The translations under genes were made by a program, and so were the position numbers. Below, piece by piece: positions 18,191 through 27,280 of a stretch of 64,000 nt of DNA. Every line of letters begins with the position of its first letter. Position 1 is the stretch's first letter. Below the pieces are notes generated by a model. The model was not told where the DNA came from. It did not search any database and was given only the letters and a program-made list of their open reading frames with translations. Source of the DNA: a virus; the IMG/VR virus record IMGVR_UViG_3300020408_000003, positions 17,649 through 81,648 of that record. One strand, given 5' to 3'.

Positions 18191-18201
18191 CTATATATAC
18201 A

Positions 18202-18519
18202 TTAAACATCAACCTTTTCAGGCAAGTTTAAAAAATATTCTAATTGCGGATTTGTTTGTAAAGGTGTTCTTTTTTCAAGCGCTGGTTTTTTACCATCGTG
18301 CACCATACAACCAACTTCCAATAAAGTATATTCACCATTACTGGGTGGACCATGATTTGCTGTCATATAATCTCTAAGCCCACCTATTAGTTCATTAGTG
18401 TAAGTGTTATAATATTTTTGACATTCGTATTGATTTTGAAATTGTAATTTGTCTGTTATTCTCCAGTCATTTGTATTTTCTGGGTGGAACATAAACAATG
18501 CGTATAATACATAGTACAT
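18202..18519 (-). CDS. Hypothetical protein, hydrophobic N-terminus, two Cys
   Basis: GAGGAGG SD; FQNQYEC and EVGC. Confidence 0.65.
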   Translation of the reverse strand: MYYVLYALFMFHPENTNDWRITDKLQFQNQYECQKYYNTYTNELIGGLRDYMTANHGPPSNGEYTLLEVGCMVHDGKKPALEKRTPLQTNPQLEYFLNLPEKVDV

Positions 18520-18533
18520 AATATCCTCCTCTA

Positions 18534-18953
18534 TTATGCTCTATTACCTCTAAGGGCAAAAAATAAACCACCAACCCATAACAAAACATGCAAGTTATCA
18601 TAAAGTAAAACGTCCATTAAACTTTCTGGTTCTCCTACCCATATTACACCAGTCATAATACAACAAATAGTAATACCACTAAATCGAGTGACCATGTCAC
18701 CAATCCAATCAAACTTTTCATTATATAACCAACTTGCTGTTAATACACCACCAAATAATAAACCTAGACCAGATAAAAATTCACCATACGTTACAAACCA
18801 CCAAACTAATACAGATAAATCATATGACGATGCTTCATCTGCGTCAACTGGCATTTTCATATAACCTTGATGTATGAATACTATTGCTAACGGTATTCTT
18901 AATAACCAATGGCTCATACAAAATTCTGGTAGATTTTCAATTAATTTCTTCAT
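18534..18953 (-). CDS. DoxX-family membrane protein
   Basis: LLRIPLAIVFIHQGYMK, E...GLGLLFG, several hydrophobic segments. Confidence 0.75.
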   Translation of the reverse strand: MKKLIENLPEFCMSHWLLRIPLAIVFIHQGYMKMPVDADEASSYDLSVLVWWFVTYGEFLSGLGLLFGGVLTASWLYNEKFDWIGDMVTRFSGITICCIMTGVIWVGEPESLMDVLLYDNLHVLLWVGGLFFALRGNRA

Positions 18954-19155
18954 TTGTTAAAAACTCTTTTATATCTGTTATCTTTTCGTGTTGTATTATA
19001 TTGATAATTAAATTTGTTAAGTCTTGTTCTTTTTTTAAAAAGAATAATTTATCAGTTATTTCTTTTAATTTATTTTCGTAATATTCTATTTCTTTTTCCT
19101 TACGTAATTTTTGTTCAATTAAATCAGTAAGAAAAACTATTTTCTTATCACTCAT
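18937..19155 (-). CDS. Hypothetical coiled-coil protein
   Basis: ORF in the operon. Confidence 0.6.
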   Translation of the reverse strand: MSDKKIVFLTDLIEQKLRKEKEIEYYENKLKEITDKLFFLKKEQDLTNLIINIIQHEKITDIKEFLTNEEIN

Positions 19156-19382
19156 AACTTAGTACAAAAATTCCTTAAAAACTTACAATCAACTTCACCC
19201 TTACATACTTTTTCATGCTTAGCATTTTCCCAACAATCGCCATCAGGCACGTGCATCTGCACAAATATGTCCCAAGTATTTAAAGATGAAAATAATAACA
19301 TTGCTGGAAACACTAACATAAAAAATACAATTGTTAGAAATGCCCAACCAAAACCCTCATTATCATATGGTTCATTACTCAC
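19152..19382 (-). CDS. Hypothetical membrane protein with Cys-rich C-terminus
   Basis: One hydrophobic segment and four Cys. Confidence 0.6.
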   Translation of the reverse strand: MSNEPYDNEGFGWAFLTIVFFMLVFPAMLLFSSLNTWDIFVQMHVPDGDCWENAKHEKVCKGEVDCKFLRNFCTKL

Positions 19383-19578
19383 TTATGCCCATCCTTTCTA
19401 AATATTCTGGATATAAGTCTGGATTTCCAGTACCGCCTGTACCATCATCACCAAAATTACATCTTGCAACAATTAATAAAAATAATAAACTTCCGTATGC
19501 AATGTATTTACTAAACTTTATAAAACCAACATACGCTTCTTCAGCCTGTTCTTGGGCTGCTTTTTTCACATCATTCAA
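19375..19578 (-). CDS. Small membrane protein, possibly aa3 cytochrome c oxidase subunit IV-like
   Basis: QAEEAYVGFIKFSKY followed by a TM helix; weak resemblance. Confidence 0.4.
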   Translation of the reverse strand: MNDVKKAAQEQAEEAYVGFIKFSKYIAYGSLLFLLIVARCNFGDDGTGGTGNPDLYPEYLERMGISE

Positions 19579-19596
19579 TTTTTATTTCCTTTAAAT

Positions 19597-20250
19597 TTAA
19601 ATCATACTATAAAATTCGTGATTAATTATTAAATCTTTTAAAGACTTTTTCAGTTCTTTTGATTGAAACATTTTATCATAGTATTGCTTAGTTCCTTGTG
19701 AGGTATCTTTATCTATATATTGAATTGCATCATTAAATTCTATGACTTGATAGGGAATTTCATATTCCTTTAATATTTTGATATACTTAACATACATGTC
19801 TAAACATTCTGTTTCCCATTTTATAGCATGATCTACTAATGATGGTATATCTTCTTTTTGAAAATGATGCCAACTAGAATCTCTTGGTTTTGTTAAATCA
19901 TCTTTTTTCCATACATTATTATATTCTGAAAACATTAAAGATCTTTGTCTGGCATAAAGATCCTTTCTATAAAGAATAATATGGTTATAATCTATAACTG
20001 GAATTGCTTGTCGTAGTTTGTCTAGTTCTTTTAATACTCGAGAAACATTTACCATACATTTAAAAGAATATTTTTTAGAAATAATTTCTAATATTCCTCC
20101 TTCTGGTAATTTTTTTTGCGCACTTAAAGGTTCATGCTTTTTGTGCATTACTTTAGCATTGTTTCTTTCTAAATATTTAAAAAAAAATTGACTGGAAGCA
20201 GTTCTTGCACTAGCCCACAATATAAAGGGCTTACCACAATTTCGTATCAT
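19597..20250 (-). CDS. Sulfotransferase-like protein (Stf0-like)
   Basis: 5'-PSB-like ASARTASS, HEPL, 3'-PB-like IILYRKD...S. Confidence 0.6.
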   Translation of the reverse strand: MIRNCGKPFILWASARTASSQFFFKYLERNNAKVMHKKHEPLSAQKKLPEGGILEIISKKYSFKCMVNVSRVLKELDKLRQAIPVIDYNHIILYRKDLYARQRSLMFSEYNNVWKKDDLTKPRDSSWHHFQKEDIPSLVDHAIKWETECLDMYVKYIKILKEYEIPYQVIEFNDAIQYIDKDTSQGTKQYYDKMFQSKELKKSLKDLIINHEFYSMI

Positions 20251-20657
20251 TTATTCCCTATATTATATTTTGGACATAATTCCCACTTCTCCTTTTCTTT
20301 AAATGGTATGATTTTAATTTGTCTCATCGGAGCTAACGGATCCAACTGTTTAGTATTTTCAATCGTTATCAAACCCCAATCACTCATAAGTTGTGCAATT
20401 GTATTTCTACGCGCAACATCGTTTTCTTCTAAATTAGACTTTTTACCGTCTAACAGAAATAACTCTTTAAAGTGTACTATGAAATATCTGCCTTGTTTGT
20501 GTAGTATATGGCAAGATTGAAATAATTTATTTTCTTTTCTTGATGCTACACCAATACGAGTAAGTGTTTCTCGAACCTTTAAAAAATCATCTGGTTCATT
20601 CAGAGTAACTTCTAACATCGAGCTAGGCGTCCACTCTATTATATTATTTTTTTCCAC
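20247..20657 (-). CDS. regA: Translational repressor RegA
   Basis: DDFLKVRETLTRIG, QSCHILHKQGRYFIVHFKELF. Confidence 0.95.
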   Translation of the reverse strand: MEKNNIIEWTPSSMLEVTLNEPDDFLKVRETLTRIGVASRKENKLFQSCHILHKQGRYFIVHFKELFLLDGKKSNLEENDVARRNTIAQLMSDWGLITIENTKQLDPLAPMRQIKIIPFKEKEKWELCPKYNIGNK

Positions 20658-21021
20658 CTTTATAAACCTTCTTTCTTAATTCTCCAATTTTATCGGACGA
20701 AAGAAGATTATGAACTGCCTTAGCTTGTTTATTACTATATCCATAATACTCTTTAATTACGTCCAAGTCATTTACGGTTTCTGGTTTATTCCATTTTGAA
20801 AACCGCTTTTTTCTTCTAACTATATTTATAAGAAAATCAAATTGTAAGCGATTATCGATATGGTGGTTAATATTCATTTCATTTGCCATTATAACGGTAT
20901 CTTTAAAGTAAGATAATCCTCTATTAATTAAAAAAGAATTATATTGTTTTTCAGCGATATCATCAATCATAATATCGGTTTTACCGTAATTTATTTCATT
21001 TAAAAAATTAAAAGGATTCAT
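20644..21021 (-). CDS. 62: Clamp loader small subunit gp62
   Basis: YNSFLINRGLS, KEYYGYS..KA; adjacent to regA. Confidence 0.88.
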   Translation of the reverse strand: MNPFNFLNEINYGKTDIMIDDIAEKQYNSFLINRGLSYFKDTVIMANEMNINHHIDNRLQFDFLINIVRRKKRFSKWNKPETVNDLDVIKEYYGYSNKQAKAVHNLLSSDKIGELRKKVYKGGKK

Positions 21022-21027
21022 AGCACT

Positions 21028-21056
21028 ATTATATCATATTTATGATTATTCGTAAA
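21028..21056 (-). promoter_or_regulatory. sigma70-type promoter of 62-regA, probably leaderless
   Basis: TTTACG-N17-TATAAT, ATG 6 nt downstream. Confidence 0.65.
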
Positions 21057-22176
21057 CTCTGTTATGTGTGTCATAACATCTCACAAAGGTTGTACATTTT
21101 GGAATATCTTTTAAACGTCTAGCACCTATGTATGTGCATGTAGATCTAATGCTACCTAATAAATCCTGTAAAGTGCTTTTTACTAAACCCTTATAAGGTA
21201 TTTCAACTTCTTTACCTTCAGATGCTCTGTAATCTTTTAAACCACCAAAATGCTTTTCATTAGCTAATGTAGAACTCATACCGTAAAACTGCATAGATTT
21301 TTTTGTTGTAGTTTTTCGATGTGCTTCTGAACCGCTATTGAAAAGTTGTGATTTATTGCTTTCATTACAAACTTGACTTGTAATAAATTCTTTTTCTATT
21401 ACTTCTCCGCCACCTTCATCGTGACCAGCGAGCATTCCTCCGAGCATGACAAAGTCCGCTCCTCCGCCCAAGGCTTTAGCGACGCAACCTGGTGTCGTAC
21501 AGCCTCCATCAGCAATAATAGAAGCGCCAAGGCCATGAGCAGCGTCAGCGCATTCAATGGTCGCCGAGAGTTGCGGGAAACCGACTCCAGTCTGTATACG
21601 AGTAGTACAAACAGAACCAGGCCCGATACCACATTTAACAACATCTGCCCCATTTAAAATAAGCTCCTGTGTCATATCTCCAGTTACAACATTGCCAGCC
21701 ATAATAATAAGTTCGGGAAATTGTACTCTTAAGGAGTAAATGAAATGACTAAAAGCTTCAGTATACCCGTTTGCCACATCCACACATAGGTATTTAACCT
21801 TTCCGTCTGTCATTTCGTAAACATTTCTGAATTTTTTTAAATCTTCTTCAGTAGCGCCTATAGACATAATGGTATAGTTAGAAACTGCTTCGCTATCAGT
21901 ATCAAAATATTCTACTAAAGCATTTTGAGTATATGTTTTTACTAAACAGGTCATTAAACCTGCTTTACGTAATTCAGTTGCCATTTCAAGTGTGCCGACA
22001 CCGTCCATATTAGATGCGATTATTGGTATACCATAAAAGTTTCTATCTTGACCTTTAGCGTTACTAAATTCTATTCTTCTAAATAAATCTACTTCTTGTC
22101 TGCTTTTTAACGTTGATCTTTTAGGCCTAAACAAAACGTCTTTATAATCTAATTTCATTTCATTTTCAATAAGCAT
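21046..22176 (-). CDS. guaC: GMP reductase
   Basis: [42 protein letters not shown]. Confidence 0.93.
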   Translation of the reverse strand: MLIENEMKLDYKDVLFRPKRSTLKSRQEVDLFRRIEFSNAKGQDRNFYGIPIIASNMDGVGTLEMATELRKAGLMTCLVKTYTQNALVEYFDTDSEAVSNYTIMSIGATEEDLKKFRNVYEMTDGKVKYLCVDVANGYTEAFSHFIYSLRVQFPELIIMAGNVVTGDMTQELILNGADVVKCGIGPGSVCTTRIQTGVGFPQLSATIECADAAHGLGASIIADGGCTTPGCVAKALGGGADFVMLGGMLAGHDEGGGEVIEKEFITSQVCNESNKSQLFNSGSEAHRKTTTKKSMQFYGMSSTLANEKHFGGLKDYRASEGKEVEIPYKGLVKSTLQDLLGSIRSTCTYIGARRLKDIPKCTTFVRCYDTHNRVYE

Positions 22177-22595
22177 TAATCAACCCCATATAATTTAAAA
22201 AGTGATTTAACATTACCAACATGTTTCCATCTTGTTGGTCCTCTTTGAAATACTACCCATTTATAACCCCAAGCACCAAGAGCTTCAGGATAGTGTTCTT
22301 GCATATAATCATCAAAACTTTTTCCTGTAGTGTATATATCATCAACAATCATAGGCTGATGTTTTTCTTCTCCTGTTGCATATTTTTTTAAGGCATTAGC
22401 CAAAGGTACACCACCGCGCGGTATCCCTTCAACTGATCGAAAAGGCATGTCTTGATATTCCATTATCATATTAGCTAAACAATCCCATTCTTCTGGAGAT
22501 ATGGCATCGCATTCTAATTTAAAATTTAATTCATTACCAGCATGAGATATAAATTTACCCCATTCAAATAATTTGGCTTCAGTTCTATGTGGCAT
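22176..22595 (-). CDS. Type I phosphoribosyltransferase (PyrE-like)
   Basis: GIPRGG and the PRPP-binding motif IVDDIYTTGKS. Confidence 0.85.
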   Translation of the reverse strand: MPHRTEAKLFEWGKFISHAGNELNFKLECDAISPEEWDCLANMIMEYQDMPFRSVEGIPRGGVPLANALKKYATGEEKHQPMIVDDIYTTGKSFDDYMQEHYPEALGAWGYKWVVFQRGPTRWKHVGNVKSLFKLYGVD

Positions 22596-22812
22596 ATCTT
22601 TTCCTTATTAAGGGTTCAGATGACGTAGAATCAATATAGTCACCGTTTACTAAAAATCTTCTTTCTACTGTTTCTTTTGTTAAAACTTCATTTATTATTC
22701 TGTAAGTGACTAATTCTTGTTTAATAATATTCGAATCATCACGTTCTAAAGCAACCTTTAAAGGACCGTTTTTTATAACCATTATGACCACCTCGGACCA
22801 AGAGTCCAACAA
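22585..22812 (-). CDS. Hypothetical protein (start probably near 22782)
   Basis: ORF in the operon. Confidence 0.55.
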   Translation of the reverse strand: MLDSWSEVVIMVIKNGPLKVALERDDSNIIKQELVTYRIINEVLTKETVERRFLVNGDYIDSTSSEPLIRKRYAT

Positions 22813-23402
22813 ACTAAAGATTTTCGAGTGCCTTCAGTTACTGGAGTTACTTCATGTAATAAAAAAGATGGAAACGCTACAAGAGATCCGGCCTTTAAAT
22901 TTTCTATTTTTAAAGCAGGTTTACCCTCTTCATCCATTTTACCATACCATATTTTTAAATCACCACCTTTATATTCTGAAGGATCATTTAACATAATGCT
23001 ATAAGATAATTTTCTAATATTATTTGATTGATTAAATACTTTTGCTTCATCAAGATGCGCTTTAAATTCGCCGCCATTGTGACCGTGATATGTTGTATGT
23101 TGAAAAGGTTCCCAACTACTTAAATTAAATAAGTAATGCATTCCATTCATTTCTTGTAAAAGTCCTGTCATTTTTTGAAATAACCATTCTGTATTTTCAT
23201 TCGGATGAAACCATTTTATTTCACAAGTTCTATAATCTGATTTTTGATTATCGCTACTTACTTTAGATTCTTCGGCTTCAATGTCAGAAGCATTATCTTC
23301 TATTTTGTCAAGATCTTCTTGTGATAAAAAATCAGATATAGTTACAACATAACTATTCCAATCATGGTTATGATTACTTTCTGGCGGGTATATTGAATAC
23401 AT
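22782..23402 (-). CDS. 2OG-Fe(II) oxygenase
   Basis: HLD, RKLS, YKGGDL, FPSFLLHEVTPVTEGTRKSLV. Confidence 0.92.
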   Translation of the reverse strand: MYSIYPPESNHNHDWNSYVVTISDFLSQEDLDKIEDNASDIEAEESKVSSDNQKSDYRTCEIKWFHPNENTEWLFQKMTGLLQEMNGMHYLFNLSSWEPFQHTTYHGHNGGEFKAHLDEAKVFNQSNNIRKLSYSIMLNDPSEYKGGDLKIWYGKMDEEGKPALKIENLKAGSLVAFPSFLLHEVTPVTEGTRKSLVCWTLGPRWS

Positions 23403-24340
23403 TATTTAAACTCCACGTTTGCCATAATTTCGGTTAAACAAGCGACCACGTTTAATTCGTGATCAGCTACAAAAGCATTTTTATATTGATAGTCGGCTAA
23501 TATAAGAACAACTTGAGGAATGCTTTGCGGTGCGATATGATTTGTCATATTATCATATATACCACGAAAAATATACGAAGCATCGGTATCAATATTATTT
23601 GCCACCCATTGTCGCATATTTTTAAAATCTTTGTCTTTTATCAATTGTAAAAGATTTGAAAAAACGTCATGTCCAACAGCATCACTGCCATTCCAATTAA
23701 AATTCCCAGTAGCACTATTCTTTTGTAATTCATTTAAAATTCTTCTCCAATCAGGTGCAAACTTTAATATTAAATCAGCAATCATCATTTTATTATATGT
23801 AATATTATTTTCTGATAATATTAATTCACATCTTTTTAAGAAGTCCGGACAGAGTTCACTTAGTATTTGTTTATTAGTATTAAACTCATAAACTGCACAA
23901 CGAGAATGCAGTGGCGAAATAATTCTATTTTTAAAATTACAAGTTAGAATGAATCTACAGTTATTTGCAAATTCTTCGATAAATCCACGGAGTGCTGGTT
24001 GAGTTGATTGCGGATTAAGATAATCGGCTTCATCAAGAATAACGACCTTTATACCACCTTGTAAAGATACCGAACTAGCAAATTGTTTGATTTTACCACG
24101 TAATATATCAATATTACCTTCTTCAGAACCATTTATAATAATGTAGTCTAAACCTAATTCATTACAAATAGCTTTAGCCACTGTAGTCTTACCAAGACCA
24201 GCGGTACCTGTAAACAACATATTCTGTAGTTCACCAGTTTCAATTACTTTTTGAAACTGTTCTTTTAAATTTTTAGGTAATAAAGTATCGTTTATAGTTT
24301 TTGGACGATACTTTTCAACCCATAAAAAATCATTTGACAT
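23402..24340 (-). CDS. 44: Clamp loader large subunit gp44
   Basis: WVEKYRP, GTAGLGKTT, LDEAD, SRC. Confidence 0.95.
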   Translation of the reverse strand: MSNDFLWVEKYRPKTINDTLLPKNLKEQFQKVIETGELQNMLFTGTAGLGKTTVAKAICNELGLDYIIINGSEEGNIDILRGKIKQFASSVSLQGGIKVVILDEADYLNPQSTQPALRGFIEEFANNCRFILTCNFKNRIISPLHSRCAVYEFNTNKQILSELCPDFLKRCELILSENNITYNKMMIADLILKFAPDWRRILNELQKNSATGNFNWNGSDAVGHDVFSNLLQLIKDKDFKNMRQWVANNIDTDASYIFRGIYDNMTNHIAPQSIPQVVLILADYQYKNAFVADHELNVVACLTEIMANVEFK

Positions 24341-24357
24341 ACTTTCACCATAATATA

Positions 24358-24386
24358 ATTATAACACATTTCAAATAGAAAGTACA
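24358..24386 (-). promoter_or_regulatory. sigma70-type promoter of gene 44
   Basis: TGTACT-N17-TATAAT. Confidence 0.6.
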
Positions 24387-24388
24387 TA

Positions 24389-24655
24389 TTAAGAATTAAG
24401 AGCTTTTTCCTGTTCTAATTCTTCTACGCCCTGAATAACCTGTATGCATTGATCTCTCAATCCGCCTATAGTTGAAAGTTCTTCACCTTTAAACGCACCC
24501 CTTTGACACATTGCATCAATGACAGCAACCATACTTCTGCAAGATTTATTAGCGAGATCTTGTACTACTTTTTCTTTTGCTGCTACCGTATCGATATTAT
24601 CGACTGTAACTACTTTTTCAGTTGTTTCAACTTCTTTTGCCATATTATACTCCAA
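24389..24655 (-). CDS. Hypothetical protein
   Basis: IDAMCQRGAFKGEELSTIG motif; ORF between 45 and 44. Confidence 0.65.
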   Translation of the reverse strand: MEYNMAKEVETTEKVVTVDNIDTVAAKEKVVQDLANKSCRSMVAVIDAMCQRGAFKGEELSTIGGLRDQCIQVIQGVEELEQEKALNS

Positions 24656-25322
24656 ATGTTGATGACTTTTCTAATGCGATCCAATACTTAACATTCATTC
24701 TTGGATTCGAAAATTGTGATATTAATTTAGATGATATTTCTACATCATAATCATCAGGTATTATTTTAAGATTACTTATATTTAAAATATAATTAAAAAC
24801 CGTACCTTCTTGGTATTCACCAGGAATATCGATAGAGAAAGTATTAGATGTAGTATTTTGACTATCGATAACTGAGATTTTAATTGCTCCGTCGCTATTT
24901 GCAATAGACACTTCAGTATGTCCTAACGTTGATGCAGCTCTTTTTATTTTATCTAAAACAGCAGATTCTAATTTAAATTTAACTTCGCCTTCAGGCATAA
25001 CAATATCTTTTGATGGTGTTGTAAGCGTATCAATTGCAGAATAAAAATACTTTATTTTACTTCTACCAGTTGAATCACTGATAGTTAAATATTCATCTTC
25101 AAAAGACAGATTGGGTTTATCTACTAAATTAGTAACGCCAATAAATTCGCTTAAATCGTATATTCCAAAACATTTAGGAAACGTATCGTCAAGTTCTGCG
25201 ATCGATAATACATTACGAGCTTCACTTATAGTTTTTAGTTTAGTACCTTCTTTTACTAATATATTTTGATTTATATCAGCAAAATTTTTAAATATTGTCA
25301 TTGTATTGTCAGAAAATTCCAT
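24645..25322 (-). CDS. 45: Sliding clamp gp45
   Basis: KNFADINQ, FGIYDLSEF, YWIALE; synteny. Confidence 0.92.
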   Translation of the reverse strand: MEFSDNTMTIFKNFADINQNILVKEGTKLKTISEARNVLSIAELDDTFPKCFGIYDLSEFIGVTNLVDKPNLSFEDEYLTISDSTGRSKIKYFYSAIDTLTTPSKDIVMPEGEVKFKLESAVLDKIKRAASTLGHTEVSIANSDGAIKISVIDSQNTTSNTFSIDIPGEYQEGTVFNYILNISNLKIIPDDYDVEISSKLISQFSNPRMNVKYWIALEKSSTFGV

Positions 25323-25347
25323 ATTATAACCTCACTTTTCTATAATA

Positions 25348-25376
25348 ATTATATAACATTTTTATATATTTGTAAA
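25348..25376 (-). promoter_or_regulatory. sigma70-type promoter of gene 45
   Basis: TTTACA-N17-TATAAT. Confidence 0.7.
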
Positions 25377-25379
25377 CAG

Positions 25380-27092
25380 TTAAGCAGCAATCTTTGAAAA
25401 GTTTTTTACTTTTGTAAATTCTATTTTATCTTCAAATTTATTATCTAATATTTCACCTTTATGAGATATGACAAATACATTTGTTTCATCTGGAAGCGTT
25501 GTTAATATTTTTAATAAATTTTCTACACCTTCATGATCTAATGAAGAATCAAAGGTTTCATCTAATATTAACAAATTAGTTGATACTGAATTTTTCATTT
25601 TAGCTATTTGACGCCACGTAAACAATAAAGATAAATCTATTCTTTGTTTTTCACCTTCTGAAAAAGAATCGTATGTAAAATCATCTCTGTGCCTTGATCT
25701 TATAGTTTCATTAAATTCTTCATCTAAATCAAAGTGTACGTAAAAATCTAATACTTGTAAATATTGATTAATTAATGTATTCATTACTGGCAAATATTGT
25801 TTTATTATTTTTGTTTTTATTCCAGTATCTTTTAGCATTTCGGCCATAGCTGAATTGTAAGAATATGTTTCATTTCTCACCATCTTTTCATTATATAAAT
25901 CAGATTTATCTAATATCAGTTTTTCTAATTGAGACTTTGCGCTTGTTAAATCGGCAGAAACATCGTTGCTTAAAAAATCTTGATATTCTTGTATACTATT
26001 CTGTAATGATCTTATTAAATTATTATTACTATTAATAATCATTTGTCTTTCTCTTACAGAACCAAGATTATGATTCCAATTATTAATATCTTGTATTATA
26101 CCTTCATGCTCATCTTTTATTAAAGTTAATCTACTTTGTAAACTTTTTGCTTCTACTCTTGCTTCTGATAAAGCAGCATCTTTTATATCTTGTGATATAT
26201 TTTGTTTACATGTTGGGCAGTTATCAGTAGTTTCAAAGAACTTAGCAGTTTTACCAATGGCTTTCATTTGAGTTTGAATTTCAGAATTAGCCATCATATT
26301 AACGTTTTTTAAATCGTGAAATCTTTTTAGATCATCTTCAATTTGTTTTTGTTCTTCATCTAATCCATCAGATAATTCTGAATTTTCTTTTTGATGTTGC
26401 ACTATCTTAGCGTTATATGATTTTATTTTTTCTTCATACTGCTTTTTATTTTCATCAGTTAGTATTTGAATATCTTTAATATATTTTTTCTGCGTTTCAA
26501 TTTTATTAGTAGATATATCTATTTTATAATTTAAGTCTTTTAATTCATCTTTTAATTTAGTCGTTTGTTCTCTTAATATGATATTCATTTTTGAAAAAAC
26601 ATTAATGTCCAGAAGATCCTCTATAACACCTCTCCTGTGTCCAGTTGATAGCTGCATAAAGGGAATAAATGAGGAGGAACCTAATACAACTACCTGATGA
26701 AACGACTTATGATTAAGCTTCAAGATATTTTGTTCAAGGATCTTCTGGTACTCTTTGGCATGAGAACTTTGATTAATCATAGTGCCATCACGCCAAATCT
26801 CAAATGTGTTGGGCTTAATACCTCTTATCACATTATAAACTGATTGACCTATCGAAAAATTAACTTCAACAACGCATTCTTTACCGTTAATAGAATTAAC
26901 AAGCTGTTGTTTATTAATACTTCGATGGGGTTTTCCAAACAAACCGAAAGATACTGCATCTAACATCGTAGATTTACCACAGCCGTTTGGACCAACTATT
27001 AAAGTTGATTTATTTTTATTTAAATCTATTTCTGTAAAACTATTACCAGTGGATAAAAAGTTTTTCCATTTTACTTTATTAAATTTTATCAT
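25380..27092 (-). CDS. 46: Recombination endonuclease ATPase subunit gp46 (Rad50-like)
   Basis: GPNGCGKS, CPTC zinc hook, FSEGE, LDETFD. Confidence 0.95.
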   Translation of the reverse strand: MIKFNKVKWKNFLSTGNSFTEIDLNKNKSTLIVGPNGCGKSTMLDAVSFGLFGKPHRSINKQQLVNSINGKECVVEVNFSIGQSVYNVIRGIKPNTFEIWRDGTMINQSSHAKEYQKILEQNILKLNHKSFHQVVVLGSSSFIPFMQLSTGHRRGVIEDLLDINVFSKMNIILREQTTKLKDELKDLNYKIDISTNKIETQKKYIKDIQILTDENKKQYEEKIKSYNAKIVQHQKENSELSDGLDEEQKQIEDDLKRFHDLKNVNMMANSEIQTQMKAIGKTAKFFETTDNCPTCKQNISQDIKDAALSEARVEAKSLQSRLTLIKDEHEGIIQDINNWNHNLGSVRERQMIINSNNNLIRSLQNSIQEYQDFLSNDVSADLTSAKSQLEKLILDKSDLYNEKMVRNETYSYNSAMAEMLKDTGIKTKIIKQYLPVMNTLINQYLQVLDFYVHFDLDEEFNETIRSRHRDDFTYDSFSEGEKQRIDLSLLFTWRQIAKMKNSVSTNLLILDETFDSSLDHEGVENLLKILTTLPDETNVFVISHKGEILDNKFEDKIEFTKVKNFSKIAA

Positions 27093-27280
27093 TTCAACGC
27101 CAAAACAAAAAGAATTGCAATTAATAATATATTAGTTAAAATCATTTGTATACACAATATTAAGTGATACCAAACCCATCTATGTTTATATAGTGTATGT
27201 ATATTAACTTTTGTATCAACTTCTTCTGTTTCATTATCTTCCTGTTTCTTTAAACCAAATATTGTTAACATATCCATCAT
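27089..27280 (-). CDS. Small membrane protein
   Basis: C-terminal hydrophobic helix; coupled ORF. Confidence 0.6.
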   Translation of the reverse strand: MMDMLTIFGLKKQEDNETEEVDTKVNIHTLYKHRWVWYHLILCIQMILTNILLIAILFVLALK

